Source: Planctomycetota bacterium
GTDB taxonomy: Bacteria; Planctomycetota; UBA1135; GCA-002686595
Length of the DNA: 64,000 nucleotides
Assembly (NCBI GenBank): GCA_016795325.1
Contig: JAEUHY010000043.1
Coordinates: 30,174-94,173 of the forward strand
Reading direction: 5' to 3'
Of this stretch, positions 7,501 to 19,616 are shown one piece after another; positions within the stretch are counted from its first letter, which is position 1, and each line of letters begins with the position of its first letter. A program made the translations under genes and the position numbers. Below the pieces are notes generated by a model. The model worked only from the letters and a program-made list of their open reading frames with translations, made no database searches and had not been told where the DNA came from.

Positions 7501-8589
7501 ATGAATAAGTTTGTTCTCGGCGCGCTCGCCCTCACGGCGGCTAGCACGCCCAGCCTCGCTGGTGAGGCGGACTGGCTGACCCACGACCGGGACATCGAGA
7601 GCCTGGCGAGCAGCCTGACGCAAAACAGCGGTGGCAGCACGGTTGCCGTCTCGGGCTTCCTGCGCAGCAGCTACGCGTTCTCCGGCGACGTCGCCGTTGC
7701 CCCCACGGGCAATGACCTCGGCGGCTTCTCGATCGACGACGCGCGTCTGATCGTCACGGGCAGCATCGGCAAGTACGGCGTCGTCCTCGAGATGGACGGC
7801 TCCACCGACCCTGACTTCGTCACGACCCCCGGCGGCCTGGGCACGTTCACGGGCGCGTACGGCGCCACCGGTGGCGTCGGCGCCGTCGGCGTCCTTGACG
7901 CCTACGCGACGTTCGCCATCACCGACCAGATCAAGGGTCAGATCGGCAACTTCCGTCCGGCGTTCCTCGCCAGCTCGCTGCGCCAGGAAGACGGCCTGCT
8001 GTTCCAGGACCGCACGTTCCTCGGCCAAGCGTTCGCCTTCCGTGACCAGGGCATCCAGTTCAGCGGCTCGTTCGAGATGCTGAACTTCGCCCTCGCGGTG
8101 CAGAACGGCACCGACGGCGCCGGCGATGAGCTCGCGATCTCCGGTCGCGCCAGCTTCACCGTCATGGGCGCTGCGCCCGGCAAGACCGAAGGCGCGCTCG
8201 GCCAAGGCGACGACACCTCGTTCACGGTCGGCGTCGGCTACTACAACGACGGCCAGCTGGACGACGGCACCGCGATCGCGGTCGACGGCCAGTTCGGCAT
8301 GGGCCAGCTCAGCGCTGCGTTCGAGTTCGTCGACCTCGACGTCGACTTCGGTGACGCCACCCCGTTCAACGCCCAGGTCGGCTTCATGGTCGTCCCGGAC
8401 GAGTGGGAAGTCGCCGCCCGCTACGAGGACTTCGACTCGGCCACCGACACGACCGCCATCACCGTCGGCGTCAACTGGTACCACAACGGCCACGCCGCCA
8501 AGTGGCACGCCAACTACATCACCGTCACCGACGACGTGAGCGCCAACGAGCGCGACGTCGTGCAGGTCGGCGTGACCGCCGCGTTCTGA
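7501..8589 (+). CDS. Outer-membrane porin (OprO/P-like beta-barrel, tentative subfamily)
   Basis: Signal peptide MNKFVLGALALTAASTPSLAGE. The sequence has an alternating beta-strand pattern rich in G/D/T/F/Y, and ends in the C-terminal OMP signature ...VQVGVTAAF. Confidence 0.8.
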   Translation: MNKFVLGALALTAASTPSLAGEADWLTHDRDIESLASSLTQNSGGSTVAVSGFLRSSYAFSGDVAVAPTGNDLGGFSIDDARLIVTGSIGKYGVVLEMDGSTDPDFVTTPGGLGTFTGAYGATGGVGAVGVLDAYATFAITDQIKGQIGNFRPAFLASSLRQEDGLLFQDRTFLGQAFAFRDQGIQFSGSFEMLNFALAVQNGTDGAGDELAISGRASFTVMGAAPGKTEGALGQGDDTSFTVGVGYYNDGQLDDGTAIAVDGQFGMGQLSAAFEFVDLDVDFGDATPFNAQVGFMVVPDEWEVAARYEDFDSATDTTAITVGVNWYHNGHAAKWHANYITVTDDVSANERDVVQVGVTAAF

Positions 8590-8676
8590 ACCGAACGCGC
8601 CCGGCGGCGCGCAGCTGAACGTGGTCGACGCGCGCGTCGCGTCGCCTGACGAGCAGCTCAGCGCCACGAAATCGAG

Positions 8677-8710
8677 AAGCCCCGCGCGCGTCGCGGGGCT
8701 TCTTCTTTTT
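8677..8710 (+). terminator. Rho-independent terminator after the porin gene
   Basis: 10-bp GC stem AAGCCCCGCG / CGCGGGGCTT with a 5-nt loop, followed by CTTCTTTTT. Confidence 0.7.
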
Positions 8711-8778
8711 CCGGAGCCTCGGCGCGGATCCAGAGCTGTGCGCGCGAGGAAGGATCGACTAGGACAACACTCTGCTCC

Positions 8779-10953
<2,175 letters not shown>

Positions 10954-11005
10954 ACGCCGCGCGGGAGGCGCTCCGAGCCTTGGGTGCGTGCGTTAACGTG
11001 CTCGG

Positions 11006-13768
11006 ATGACGATTCCGCTCCTCGCCCCCGCCCTGCTCGCTCTCGCGCCCGCCCAGGGCAACGCCGACGCCGCCGCCGCCAAGAGCTGGACGCAACCGTA
11101 CGCCAACGCGCTCGGCAACTCGTTCGTCGACGTCGCGCCGCTGCGCGCAGCGCCCGGTGACACGCAGCCGCTCGACGTCGGCAAGCTGATCGGCGAACCG
11201 GTCAGCTGGGACGGCGTGGTCTTCGTGCTGTGCAACTCCGGGTCACTGCAGTTGCGCGCGTTCGACGCCGCGACACGCCGCCTGATCCGCCACAACCCTG
11301 TGCGCGGCGACGACTGGAATTCGATCGTCGTGTGGAACTGGCGCGCCGGCGTCGTCGGCGACAGCGGCGTCGCGTTCTTCGATCTTCTGCGCGAGACGAA
11401 AACCTGGACGCCGGGCCCGCGGCTCGAACTCCCCAAGCTCGAGACGCCGCGCCTGCACGGCGGACTCGCGCTGTGCGCCGAAACGAACAAGGTCAGCGTG
11501 TTCTCGATCGACAAGGCCGTGGCGCGCGTGAGCTTCGACACGCCGCGCGGGCCCAACGCCTTCCGTCCGCTCAGCGCGTTCGCGCCCGCGGCGCGCGCGA
11601 CGCTCGTCGCCAGCGGCGGCAAGTGGGCGCTGCGCGTGACCGAGTTCGATCGCCTCGACTCGCCCAAGCCCACCGTGCAGGGGCAGAGCGATGTCGACCT
11701 CGGCGAAGGCCCGGCCGACATGAGCGGCGCGATGGTCGTGCGCCTGGAGCCCGTCGGCGCCTCGGGCGCCTGGCTGGTGGCGCGCGCGGACAAATCGCAG
11801 CTCGTGGTCGAAGGCGCGCAGCTCAAGGTGCTCGACGCGCCGTTCGTCGGCCCCGTCGCAGCGGCCGCAGGCGCCGCCTACGGCTTCGACGCCAAGGGCG
11901 CGTTCGTGCGCATGGAGGCGAGCGGCAGCACGGCGGTGGTCGGCGCGGCTTCCGACGCGCCGCGCGGGCCGATCACGATCGCGCGCGACGTCGCCTACAC
12001 CGGCGGCCGCGCGCTCGACCTCGCCAGCGGCAAGGAGCTGTGGAAAGCCGCGAAGTTCGAGCCGAGCGCGCGCGCGATCCCGATCGCCGACCAGCGCGTG
12101 TTGATCATCACCGGCAAGGGTTCGCTCGTGTTCCTCGGGCCCAAACCGGCGAGCAAGGCAGCGAGCGGCGCCAGCGGCGCGGCCATCGCACGGCCGGGTT
12201 CGGGCCCGGGCATCATCCGCAAGGATGGGACGTTGATCGCAGGCAATCCCGTGCGCGGCGAGAACACCTGGCGCATCGAAAATGACGAGGGCGGCCTGGT
12301 CGCCGAGCTCAACGCGGCCGAAGTCGCGCTGGTCGACGACGGCAGCTCGGTCGAGCTCGTCGGCGCGCAGTCGGCGGTCCACCGCGCGTGGCGCAACGCC
12401 GTCGACGTGGAGCACGCCGTGCGCCTGGCCGACAACGCCGCGCTGTTCCTGCGCTCGCGCTTGGTTGACGACGCCAAGCGTTTGCTCGCCGAAGCGAAGA
12501 GCTGCGGGCTCGACAAGACCAAGCTCGCCGAGCTCGAAGCGACGATCGCCAAGACCAAGCCCAACGACAGCAACAGCAAGGAGCAGTCGCGCCGTGCGCC
12601 GCTCGCGAAGGAAGCGGAGGGACGCAAGCTGACGCGCGCCGCGCTCGCCGAGGGCGCGACCTGGTGCCGCGACAACGAGATGTTGCTCGCCGCGTCGATG
12701 CTGCACATCGACGGCGAAAAACTCGCGCCCGACGCGGGGCCGGCCGACGCAGCGTTGAAGGAGCTGATGCCCGAGAGCTTCCCGTGGCGCGACGCGCCGG
12801 ACGCGGTCGCGCGCTGGAAGCAGTGGGCGCCGAAGCTGATCACGACGGGCGGAGCGTTCGTCGAGAAGAGCGAGCCGATCTGGAAGAGCCTGCGCGGCTG
12901 GCCGTGGGATCAGGGTGTGGTCGTGCTGCAGACGCGCCACGTGTTGCTCTGCTCACGCGACGAAACGCCCGAGGTGGTCGGCGGTTGCCTCGACGCCGCG
13001 GAGCAGGCGATGGAGCTGCTGCACGCGCTCGTTCCGCCCGAAGAGGGCGCGCCGAACAACCCGCTCATCGTGCGTCTGTACCCGAACAAGGAGGAGTACA
13101 TGAAGCAGGGCGCGCCCGACTTCACGCTCGGCTACTACTCGCCGGGCGACAAGATCTCGCGCTTCTACGTGCCCGACTCCGAGCGCAAGGACCTGCTCGG
13201 CCGCGGGCTGTACTCGACCGTCGCGCACGAGCTCACGCACCACTACCTCGACGCGGCCTGGCTCGGTCCGGCGACGGAACGCAAGCCGCAGACGAGCGCG
13301 ATGCCCGGCTACTGGATCGTAGAAGGTTTCGCGACCTTCGTGCAGGACGACGTGATCGCCAAGATGCGCGCGCGCGACGGCGAACGGCCGCGTGATCCCG
13401 CCTGTGCGTACGTCGCGCAGGGCGCGCGCGGCAACAGCGCGCTACTGCCGTTCCGCCGCTTGCTCGAGCTGACGCAGGGCCAGTTCCAAGGGCTCAGCAA
13501 GGAACCGCTCTTCGACCTCACGCCGATCACCGGCGACAGCGGCATGGTGCTGCGCCCCGCCGAAGTGAACGTGTTCTACGAACAGTCCGCGGCGCTGGTG
13601 TGGTTCCTCAACTACAAGGCCGGCCCGGAGCGGCGCGCCAAACTCGCCGAGTACGTGCGCGCGCAGTACATCGGCGCGCTCGGCGCCGAGGGCTGGAAGG
13701 CGATCGGCTACGACACGCCAGAGACGCTCGACCAAGCCTTCACGAAGTTCCTGCAGAGCACGAACTAG
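11006..13768 (+). CDS. Secreted 920-aa protein with a C-terminal DUF1570-like gluzincin (HExxH) domain
   Basis: Signal peptide MTIPLLAPALLALAPAQG. The C-terminal region has YSTVAHELTHHYLDAAW ... GYWIVEGFATFVQD (HExxH plus a downstream E). The N-terminal two thirds have no family I recognise. Confidence 0.7.
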   Translation: MTIPLLAPALLALAPAQGNADAAAAKSWTQPYANALGNSFVDVAPLRAAPGDTQPLDVGKLIGEPVSWDGVVFVLCNSGSLQLRAFDAATRRLIRHNPVRGDDWNSIVVWNWRAGVVGDSGVAFFDLLRETKTWTPGPRLELPKLETPRLHGGLALCAETNKVSVFSIDKAVARVSFDTPRGPNAFRPLSAFAPAARATLVASGGKWALRVTEFDRLDSPKPTVQGQSDVDLGEGPADMSGAMVVRLEPVGASGAWLVARADKSQLVVEGAQLKVLDAPFVGPVAAAAGAAYGFDAKGAFVRMEASGSTAVVGAASDAPRGPITIARDVAYTGGRALDLASGKELWKAAKFEPSARAIPIADQRVLIITGKGSLVFLGPKPASKAASGASGAAIARPGSGPGIIRKDGTLIAGNPVRGENTWRIENDEGGLVAELNAAEVALVDDGSSVELVGAQSAVHRAWRNAVDVEHAVRLADNAALFLRSRLVDDAKRLLAEAKSCGLDKTKLAELEATIAKTKPNDSNSKEQSRRAPLAKEAEGRKLTRAALAEGATWCRDNEMLLAASMLHIDGEKLAPDAGPADAALKELMPESFPWRDAPDAVARWKQWAPKLITTGGAFVEKSEPIWKSLRGWPWDQGVVVLQTRHVLLCSRDETPEVVGGCLDAAEQAMELLHALVPPEEGAPNNPLIVRLYPNKEEYMKQGAPDFTLGYYSPGDKISRFYVPDSERKDLLGRGLYSTVAHELTHHYLDAAWLGPATERKPQTSAMPGYWIVEGFATFVQDDVIAKMRARDGERPRDPACAYVAQGARGNSALLPFRRLLELTQGQFQGLSKEPLFDLTPITGDSGMVLRPAEVNVFYEQSAALVWFLNYKAGPERRAKLAEYVRAQYIGALGAEGWKAIGYDTPETLDQAFTKFLQSTN

Positions 13769-13800
13769 CCAGCCCTCGCCGCCCCACCACGACGATCGCC

Positions 13801-14052
13801 ATGACAGTCTGGAAGACGTTCCTCACGGTGACCGCCACCGCGCTCGTCGGCCTGCTCATGGGCGGCGCGTTCGGTTTCGCTGCAGGCAAGCTGACGCCCG
13901 AGTTCTTCCGGCGCTTCACGCCCTGGAACGAGCTCGAGCCCGTCGGCTTCGCCACCGCTGGCGGCGCCGTCGTTGGTGTCTTGCTCGGCGGCGGCTTGGG
14001 ATGTTTCGGCGTGCTGATGCAGTTGCTCTCGGAGTGGCGCAAGAAGCCTTGA
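13801..14052 (+). CDS. Small two-TM glycine-zipper membrane protein (83 aa)
   Basis: ATG at 13801. Two hydrophobic Gly-rich helices (ALVGLLMGGAFGFAAG; GGAVVGVLLGGGLGCFGVLMQLL). The start choice is internal to track ORF 13600..14052. Confidence 0.5.
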   Translation: MTVWKTFLTVTATALVGLLMGGAFGFAAGKLTPEFFRRFTPWNELEPVGFATAGGAVVGVLLGGGLGCFGVLMQLLSEWRKKP

Positions 14053-14090
14053 GGCTCGAGCGCGCGCGGCCGCGCACGGACGAGCATCAC

Positions 14091-15440
14091 TCAGCGCGCG
14101 GTCAACGCGGCGACGCTTGGGCGGAAGAACCACGCGGCGCCGCGCTGCCCAGCTGCGCGCGCGACGACGCCCGAGCCGTGCCACTCGTCCGCCACCGCGA
14201 GAACAACGTGCTCCGCGCCACGAGCGTCTCGTGCGGTGCACACGGCGAGTTCGCGGCCGAAGGAACTCGCGGCGTCACGCGGTGAAACGCTCGCGAGCCG
14301 GCGACCGCTTGCGAGCTCGAGCCAGTGGACGCTCCCCGCACGTTCGGGATCGCGCGTGGGCGCGCCGATGACGAGCCAGGGCGTCGATCCGTCTTCGAGC
14401 TCGACGAGCGCGAGCGCGCGGCCAAAGTCGGGCTCGTCAGGTTCCTCCGCAAACACCGTCGGAGTCCAAGTGCGGCAGTCGTACGCGAGAACACGGCCGC
14501 TGCCGTAGTCCGAACGAGCGCGCGGCGCTCCGACGAGCAGGAGCGGCTCGCCGTCGACGCCGCGCGCGCCCACGACGTCGGCGCCGAAACCCGACGGTGC
14601 GTCGAACGGCGCGGCGAGGCGCGCGAGAAGGGCGCCGTTCGCTCCGGAGAGCACGAGCAGTTCGGGCGCACGGGCGCCTGGCTCTCGCGCGGTGACGACG
14701 GACTCGTTGGCGCCGTCGCCGTCGAGGTCGTAGCGCGCAAAAACGCCGAGAATTTCGGCGTGTGGCTCGAGCGGCAAGGGAACCGCGCCAACGAAATCCC
14801 ATGTCGCCGTTGAGAGCCAGCTCAGCGAGAGCTCCGGCCGCGGCTCGGCTCCGGTGAGTCGGAGGACCACTACGAGATCGCGCTGCCCGTCGCCGTCGCG
14901 ATCGGATCCGAGATCGAACGACGGCGCGATGGAACGACCGGAGCCAGAGTCGAGTGCTCGGCGCCACTGCCCGCGCCACGTCGGAGCTTCGAACACGTCG
15001 ATGCCGACGCAACCCACAGGAGCCCTGGCCAACGAATCGGCATCGAAGGGTGCGCCGACCGCGAGGCGTACGGGCGACGTTGGCCGTGCGCGCGGCAGCA
15101 CCGCGAACGGTGGAACAACGTCCACCACGCTTGCGGGCCACGTATCGGTGATGGACACGGCGACGGACGACTCGGGCGGACCCGCCAACGACCAGTCCAC
15201 GCGAAGCACCTGCGCGCTGTCGGACGTGAACAGCGTGTTCTCGTCGCCGAAGGCCAGGCGCGAACACGCTGTCAGCTCGCGCGAGGCGCCGACTTCTACG
15301 GCGGACTGGAACGCACGCGCGCTGAGCTCGCAGTTCAACGAGGTCGGCGAAGGCGCTCCACGCGGCCCCCCGCACGCTGCGAGCAGCGCGCACAGCGCGA
15401 ACGGCAAAGCACGCGACACTGCGAGACGTTGCGCTTCCAT
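14091..15440 (-). CDS. FG-GAP/VCBS-like repeat lipoprotein
   Basis: Lipobox ALCALLAAC. Ca-loop repeats are DRDGDGQRDLVVV and YDLDGDGANESVV, and there are repeated ...LLVGAP / VIGAP strands. Confidence 0.7.
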   Translation of the reverse strand: MEAQRLAVSRALPFALCALLAACGGPRGAPSPTSLNCELSARAFQSAVEVGASRELTACSRLAFGDENTLFTSDSAQVLRVDWSLAGPPESSVAVSITDTWPASVVDVVPPFAVLPRARPTSPVRLAVGAPFDADSLARAPVGCVGIDVFEAPTWRGQWRRALDSGSGRSIAPSFDLGSDRDGDGQRDLVVVLRLTGAEPRPELSLSWLSTATWDFVGAVPLPLEPHAEILGVFARYDLDGDGANESVVTAREPGARAPELLVLSGANGALLARLAAPFDAPSGFGADVVGARGVDGEPLLLVGAPRARSDYGSGRVLAYDCRTWTPTVFAEEPDEPDFGRALALVELEDGSTPWLVIGAPTRDPERAGSVHWLELASGRRLASVSPRDAASSFGRELAVCTARDARGAEHVVLAVADEWHGSGVVARAAGQRGAAWFFRPSVAALTAR

Positions 15441-15550
15441 GCGCGAAGTGTCGCGCCGCGCACTCCATCGAACTATGCCGTTGCGTCGACCGCAACGTCA
15501 CTCGCGCCGGCGACCGTTCGCAATGCGCGAACGCACCGGCGCGTCGAAGC

Positions 15551-16051
15551 TCAGTGCTCGGGCTCCGGTGCGCCCGCCGTGCCGCCCGGCCGCATCGGCT
15601 TACCCATCACGGCGCGCTCGCCGAATTTGAGCCGCTCGTCGATCTCGCGGTCGAAGCGCGGATGGCGCGGCTCGCGCGCGAAGCCGCGGTGCGCGGCGTG
15701 ACACACGTAGCACATGACCATGTTCGGCGCGAAGGCGTACAGCGCAGCGTCGATGCCGGCGGCCACGAACAGGCTCACGTAGTAGGTGAACGGCGCGAGC
15801 ACGGCCGCGATGACCACGACCGTGATGCCCAGCGCGCGTGGAAAATCCTTGAGCGTGTAGAGCTCGATGTGGCCGCAGCTCACGCAGCCCGCGAGCCCGC
15901 CCTTGTCGGTGATGCTCTCGCGTTGGAGCGCGTGCTCGTCGCCGCAGTGCAGGCAGCGCTGCGCGGCCGCGAACTCGCGCGGCGTCGCGGCGTACACCCG
16001 CGTGAAACCCTCGGCATCGCGCGGGCAGGCGAGTTCGACGCTCGCGCTCAC
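15551..16051 (-). CDS. Zinc-ribbon membrane protein (166 aa)
   Basis: GTG at 16051 overlaps the upstream stop (GTGA). CLHCG...(22 aa)...CVSCGH is followed by two TM helices and a CYVCH motif in the tail. Confidence 0.6.
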   Translation of the reverse strand: MSASVELACPRDAEGFTRVYAATPREFAAAQRCLHCGDEHALQRESITDKGGLAGCVSCGHIELYTLKDFPRALGITVVVIAAVLAPFTYYVSLFVAAGIDAALYAFAPNMVMCYVCHAAHRGFAREPRHPRFDREIDERLKFGERAVMGKPMRPGGTAGAPEPEH

Positions 16052-16842
16052 AGCGGCGCTCCGTACGAATCCTGGAGGAAGATCGACACGGCCGTGCCGA
16101 TCAGCACCAGCACCGTCGAGGCGTACAGGATCCCCGTCGCCGAGCGCGTGTTCTTGTAGCGCAGCGACTCGGAGGTCATCCACGCGAACAGGAGCGGAAG
16201 CGCGACGCCGAGCGCGACGCGCGTGCCGATGTAGAACAGCGACCACGGCCCGAGCAGGTCGATTTCTTTGGCGCGCAAGGGCTCCGCGAAGGTGATGCAG
16301 GTCGCCACGAGCGCGGCCGCCGAAAGCCCCATCCAGACCATCGTCAGCCGGTTGAGCTTCACCAGCCAGGCCACTTCGAGCGTGGGCACGGTCAGGTACC
16401 AGTGGCCGAAGACCATCGCGAGTCCGACGCTTCCGCCGACGAGGCCTGTCGCGAAGGCCGAGAGGCTCGCCACGGCCCAACTCGCCGCACCGTCGACGGC
16501 CGGCGCGCTGCGTACGGCGAGCGCCAGGGCGACCGCGCAGCTCAGCGCCGCGAGCACGAGCCCGACCTCGCGCGTGCGGGCCTTCACCGGGCCGGAGTAC
16601 ACGAAGTACAGCGCCGCGGAGAGCGCGGCCCACAGCCAGTCGAACTCGCCCCAGCCCGCGTCGCCAGTGACGCGCGGCAGCGCGACGGCGGTCATCAGCG
16701 GAACGAGCGCGGTCGCGCCCATGAGGCGGAAAAAAAATACGCCCAGCGGCGCGCGCGCGACGAACACGAGCGTCACGAGCACGCCGAAGGCGAGTTCGAG
16801 GCAGAACTGAGCGCCGAGACTGCTCCAGGGCATCCCGCGCAT
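16048..16842 (-). CDS. Polytopic integral membrane protein (264 aa, ~8 TM), family unknown
   Basis: Continuous hydrophobic-segment pattern. It is translationally coupled to the zinc-ribbon gene downstream. Confidence 0.7.
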   Translation of the reverse strand: MRGMPWSSLGAQFCLELAFGVLVTLVFVARAPLGVFFFRLMGATALVPLMTAVALPRVTGDAGWGEFDWLWAALSAALYFVYSGPVKARTREVGLVLAALSCAVALALAVRSAPAVDGAASWAVASLSAFATGLVGGSVGLAMVFGHWYLTVPTLEVAWLVKLNRLTMVWMGLSAAALVATCITFAEPLRAKEIDLLGPWSLFYIGTRVALGVALPLLFAWMTSESLRYKNTRSATGILYASTVLVLIGTAVSIFLQDSYGAPL

Positions 16843-16856
16843 CGTACGATCTCACG

Positions 16857-17564
16857 ATGACTGCCCCCAAAGTCCTCGTCACCGGCGGCGGCCGCGGAAT
16901 CGGCCGCGCCATCGCCCTGCGGTTCGCGCGCGAAGGCGCGCGTGTGGTCGTCGCGGCCCGCACCTCCACCGAACTCGACAACGTCGTGGCCGAAGTCGAA
17001 CGCGCCGGCGGCGCGGCGATCGCGGCGCAGATGGACGTGCGTGACTTTGGCTCGGTCGAGGCGGCCGTGTGGCGCGCGGTTCAGTTCCTGGGCGACTCGA
17101 TCGACGTGCTGGTCAACAACGCCGGCGTGTTCGACGTGCAGCCGATCGACAAGCTCGACCTCGCCAAGTGGCGCTGGATGCAGGAGGTCAACGTCGACGG
17201 CCCGCTGTACGTGATCAAGGAGTCGCTCGACGCGCTGCTCGAGTCCGAGCGCGCGCACGTGTTCAACATCGCCTCGGCGGCCGCCAAGCGCGGCTTCCCG
17301 GGCAACATCGCCTACTGCGCCTCGAAGTACGCGCTGCGCGGCCTCAGCGATGCGCTGCGCGAGGACCTGCGCCCCAAGGGCGTGCGCGTCTCGACCGTGT
17401 ACCCGGGCGCGACCGACACCACGATCTTCGATCGCGTGCCGGGCGCGTGGGACCGCACCAAGATGAACCGCCCCGAGGACGTCGCCGAGGTGATCTGGCG
17501 CGCCTGGAACGCGCCGGCGAGCGAGAACGTCGACGACCTCGACGTGCCGCCGCGGGCGCCCTGA
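16857..17564 (+). CDS. Short-chain dehydrogenase/reductase (SDR) family oxidoreductase
   Basis: TGGGRGIG Rossmann motif, NNAG, and the catalytic S...YCASK triad pattern. Size is 235 aa. Confidence 0.9.
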   Translation: MTAPKVLVTGGGRGIGRAIALRFAREGARVVVAARTSTELDNVVAEVERAGGAAIAAQMDVRDFGSVEAAVWRAVQFLGDSIDVLVNNAGVFDVQPIDKLDLAKWRWMQEVNVDGPLYVIKESLDALLESERAHVFNIASAAAKRGFPGNIAYCASKYALRGLSDALREDLRPKGVRVSTVYPGATDTTIFDRVPGAWDRTKMNRPEDVAEVIWRAWNAPASENVDDLDVPPRAP

Positions 17565-17813
17565 CCCCCGCCCGACCCCCGCGCAAAGGCCCGCGGACGG
17601 GGCGCCCACACAGAAACCTGGGTTTGTGCTGCGCGCTGGCGGCGCGTTTCACCTAGGCTTCATGGGCTGCGAGGTCTCCGGCGAGTGCCGGAAAGGCGCG
17701 TCCACGGGGACGCGCATGCCACGACCTCTCAGTTTTCGTCTGCTGCCTGCTCCGCTTCCACTCTTCGAGTCGACCGGTCGCTCGCACGCCTAACCAAGAA
17801 AGACCGTTTCGAC

Positions 17814-18134
17814 ATGTCGCGACTTTACGTCGGCAATCTCTCGTTCACGACCACCCAAGACTCGCTGCGCGCCGCCATGGCCGGCGACGGCCGTCAGGTC
17901 AAGGAAGTCAGCATCGTGATGGACCGCGAAACCGGCCGCCCGCGCGGCTTCGCGTTCGTCGAGATGCAGTCCAAGGCTGACGCCGACAAGGCGATCAAGG
18001 CCCTCGACGGCACCTCGCTCGACGGCCGTCAGATCAAGGTGAACGAAGCCCAAGAGCGTCAGCCCCGCACCGGCGGCGGCGGCGGTGGTGGCGGCGGACG
18101 CCGCGAGGGCGGCGGCGGCGGCGGCCGCTGGTAA
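17814..18134 (+). CDS. RRM-type RNA-binding protein with glycine-rich tail
   Basis: RNP2 is LYVGNL and RNP1 is RGFAFVEM. The C-terminal tail is GGGGGGGGGRREGGGGGGRW. ATG at 17814. Confidence 0.9.
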   Translation: MSRLYVGNLSFTTTQDSLRAAMAGDGRQVKEVSIVMDRETGRPRGFAFVEMQSKADADKAIKALDGTSLDGRQIKVNEAQERQPRTGGGGGGGGGRREGGGGGGRW

Positions 18135-18191
18135 GCCTGACAGCTTGACGTCACGCGGGCGCGAGCTTGCGTGATGCAGCTTCGACTTCGT

Positions 18192-18226
18192 GCGGCGGCC
18201 TCATCTGGGGCCGCCGCCGGCTTTTG
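18192..18226 (+). terminator. Candidate intrinsic terminator after the RRM gene
   Basis: Stem GCGGCGGCC / GGCCGCCGC with an 8-nt loop, then cggCTTTTg. Confidence 0.45.
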
Positions 18227-18283
18227 CGCCCTTTGCTCCGCGCGAACGCCGACGCTGGACCGGTCGCGAGCAAAGGAGCCGCG

Positions 18284-18481
18284 ATGGAGTCCTTCAGCAA
18301 ACGCGAACGGGAGCGGCGCAAACGCACCAAGTCTCAAGAGAAGACCGACCGCAAGGCGCAGCGCGACGCCGACCGCGCGCGGGATCCGAATGCGGCCGAG
18401 CACAACTCGGACATCTCCAGTGCGCCGACGGCGGAGCCTGCGCCGCAGGCCTCGGACGACGACCACAAGAAGCGCCGCTGA
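18284..18481 (+). CDS. Small highly charged, probably disordered protein (65 aa)
   Basis: ATG at 18284 is preceded by AAAGGAG. The sequence is MESFSKRERERRKRTKSQEKTDRKAQRDADR.... No family recognised, so coding status is uncertain. Confidence 0.45.
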   Translation: MESFSKRERERRKRTKSQEKTDRKAQRDADRARDPNAAEHNSDISSAPTAEPAPQASDDDHKKRR

Positions 18482-18492
18482 GGCGCGCGCGT

Positions 18493-19047
18493 TCAGCGGC
18501 TGATGCTGCGCACCAGGCTCAAGAACTCGTTGCGAGTCTTCGAGTCGCTCTGGAAGCAGCCGAGCAGGCACGAGGTCATCGCGGAGGAGTTCTGCTTCTG
18601 CACGCCACGCATCATCATGCACAGGTGCTGCGCGTCGGCGACCACGCCCACGCCCTTGGGCGCGAGCGCCTCCTGCAGCGCGTTGGCGATCTGCGTGGTC
18701 ATGCGCTCCTGGACCTGGAGGCGGCGCGCGAAGACGTCGACCAGGCGCGGAATCTTCGACAGGCCGATGATCTTGCCGTCGGGGATGTAGCCCACGTGGA
18801 CGCGCCCGTAGAAGGGCAGCATGTGGTGCTCGCACAGGCTGTAGAACTCGATGTCCTTCACCAGGACCATCTCGGAGCAGTCCTCGTGGAACACGCCCTC
18901 GCCGATCACCTCGGCGACGGTCTGCCGGGCGCCGCCGACAAGCTCGCGGTAGGCGCGCTCGACGCGGTCGGGCGTTCTCTGCAGTCCTTCGCGCTCGGGG
19001 TCCTCCCCCAGCTCGACCAGGAGTTGGCGAATCAGCGGCGAAATCAC
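18493..19047 (-). CDS. folE: GTP cyclohydrolase I
   Basis: GEDP.REGL..TP.RV, the [17 protein letters not shown] sequence, and QERMT.QIA are FolE type-1 hallmarks. I place the start at GTG 19047, overlapping the queD stop (GTGA). An upstream ATG (MSAAP...) is an alternative. Confidence 0.9.
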   Translation of the reverse strand: MISPLIRQLLVELGEDPEREGLQRTPDRVERAYRELVGGARQTVAEVIGEGVFHEDCSEMVLVKDIEFYSLCEHHMLPFYGRVHVGYIPDGKIIGLSKIPRLVDVFARRLQVQERMTTQIANALQEALAPKGVGVVADAQHLCMMMRGVQKQNSSAMTSCLLGCFQSDSKTRNEFLSLVRSISR

Positions 19048-19487
19048 GGCAGCACCGGTCCGTAGTAGTCGACGTAGTTCATGCGGCTCTCGCGCAGCCG
19101 CACGCGGTGCAGCCGACATCCGGGATAGGCGGAGATCGACGCGGCGAGTTCGCCCCAGATCGCCACGGCCACGTTCTCGGCGGTGGTGATCGTGCCGGCG
19201 AGGAACGGCACGTCGTGGTTGAGGTGGCGATGGTCGACGCGCGCGATCACGCGCTCGACGATCAAGCGGCTCAGCCGGTTGAGGTCCATGACCATGCCGG
19301 TGCGAGCTTCGACCGAGCCGCGCACGCTGACCTCGAGCACGTAGTTGTGGCCGTGGTCGGTGAAGCACGGGCCGTAGAGCTCGCGGTTCTCGGCCTCGCT
19401 GAGGTGCGGGCTGATCAGTCGGTGCGCGGCCGAGAACTCCTGGACGTGGGAGATCTCGACTTCCGGCGTTTGCGTGGAGCTGCTCAT
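19044..19487 (-). CDS. queD: 6-carboxy-5,6,7,8-tetrahydropterin synthase (QueD / PTPS family)
   Basis: ATG at 19487. It has the C...HGH motif ([10 protein letters not shown]), F.AAHRL, and DH..LN..V. Size is 147 aa. Confidence 0.85.
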   Translation of the reverse strand: MSSSTQTPEVEISHVQEFSAAHRLISPHLSEAENRELYGPCFTDHGHNYVLEVSVRGSVEARTGMVMDLNRLSRLIVERVIARVDHRHLNHDVPFLAGTITTAENVAVAIWGELAASISAYPGCRLHRVRLRESRMNYVDYYGPVLP

Positions 19488-19616
19488 CGAGCAGCGGACT
19501 CTACTCGATCGCGCGCCGAGGCCGCGTCGCGGCCGCGCCGGGCCAACGCCCAAGCCCGAGACACTCGCCGCTCGAGGCTGCAGCCCCCCGCCCAAGTCGG
19601 CCGAAGAAGCTTCCCC

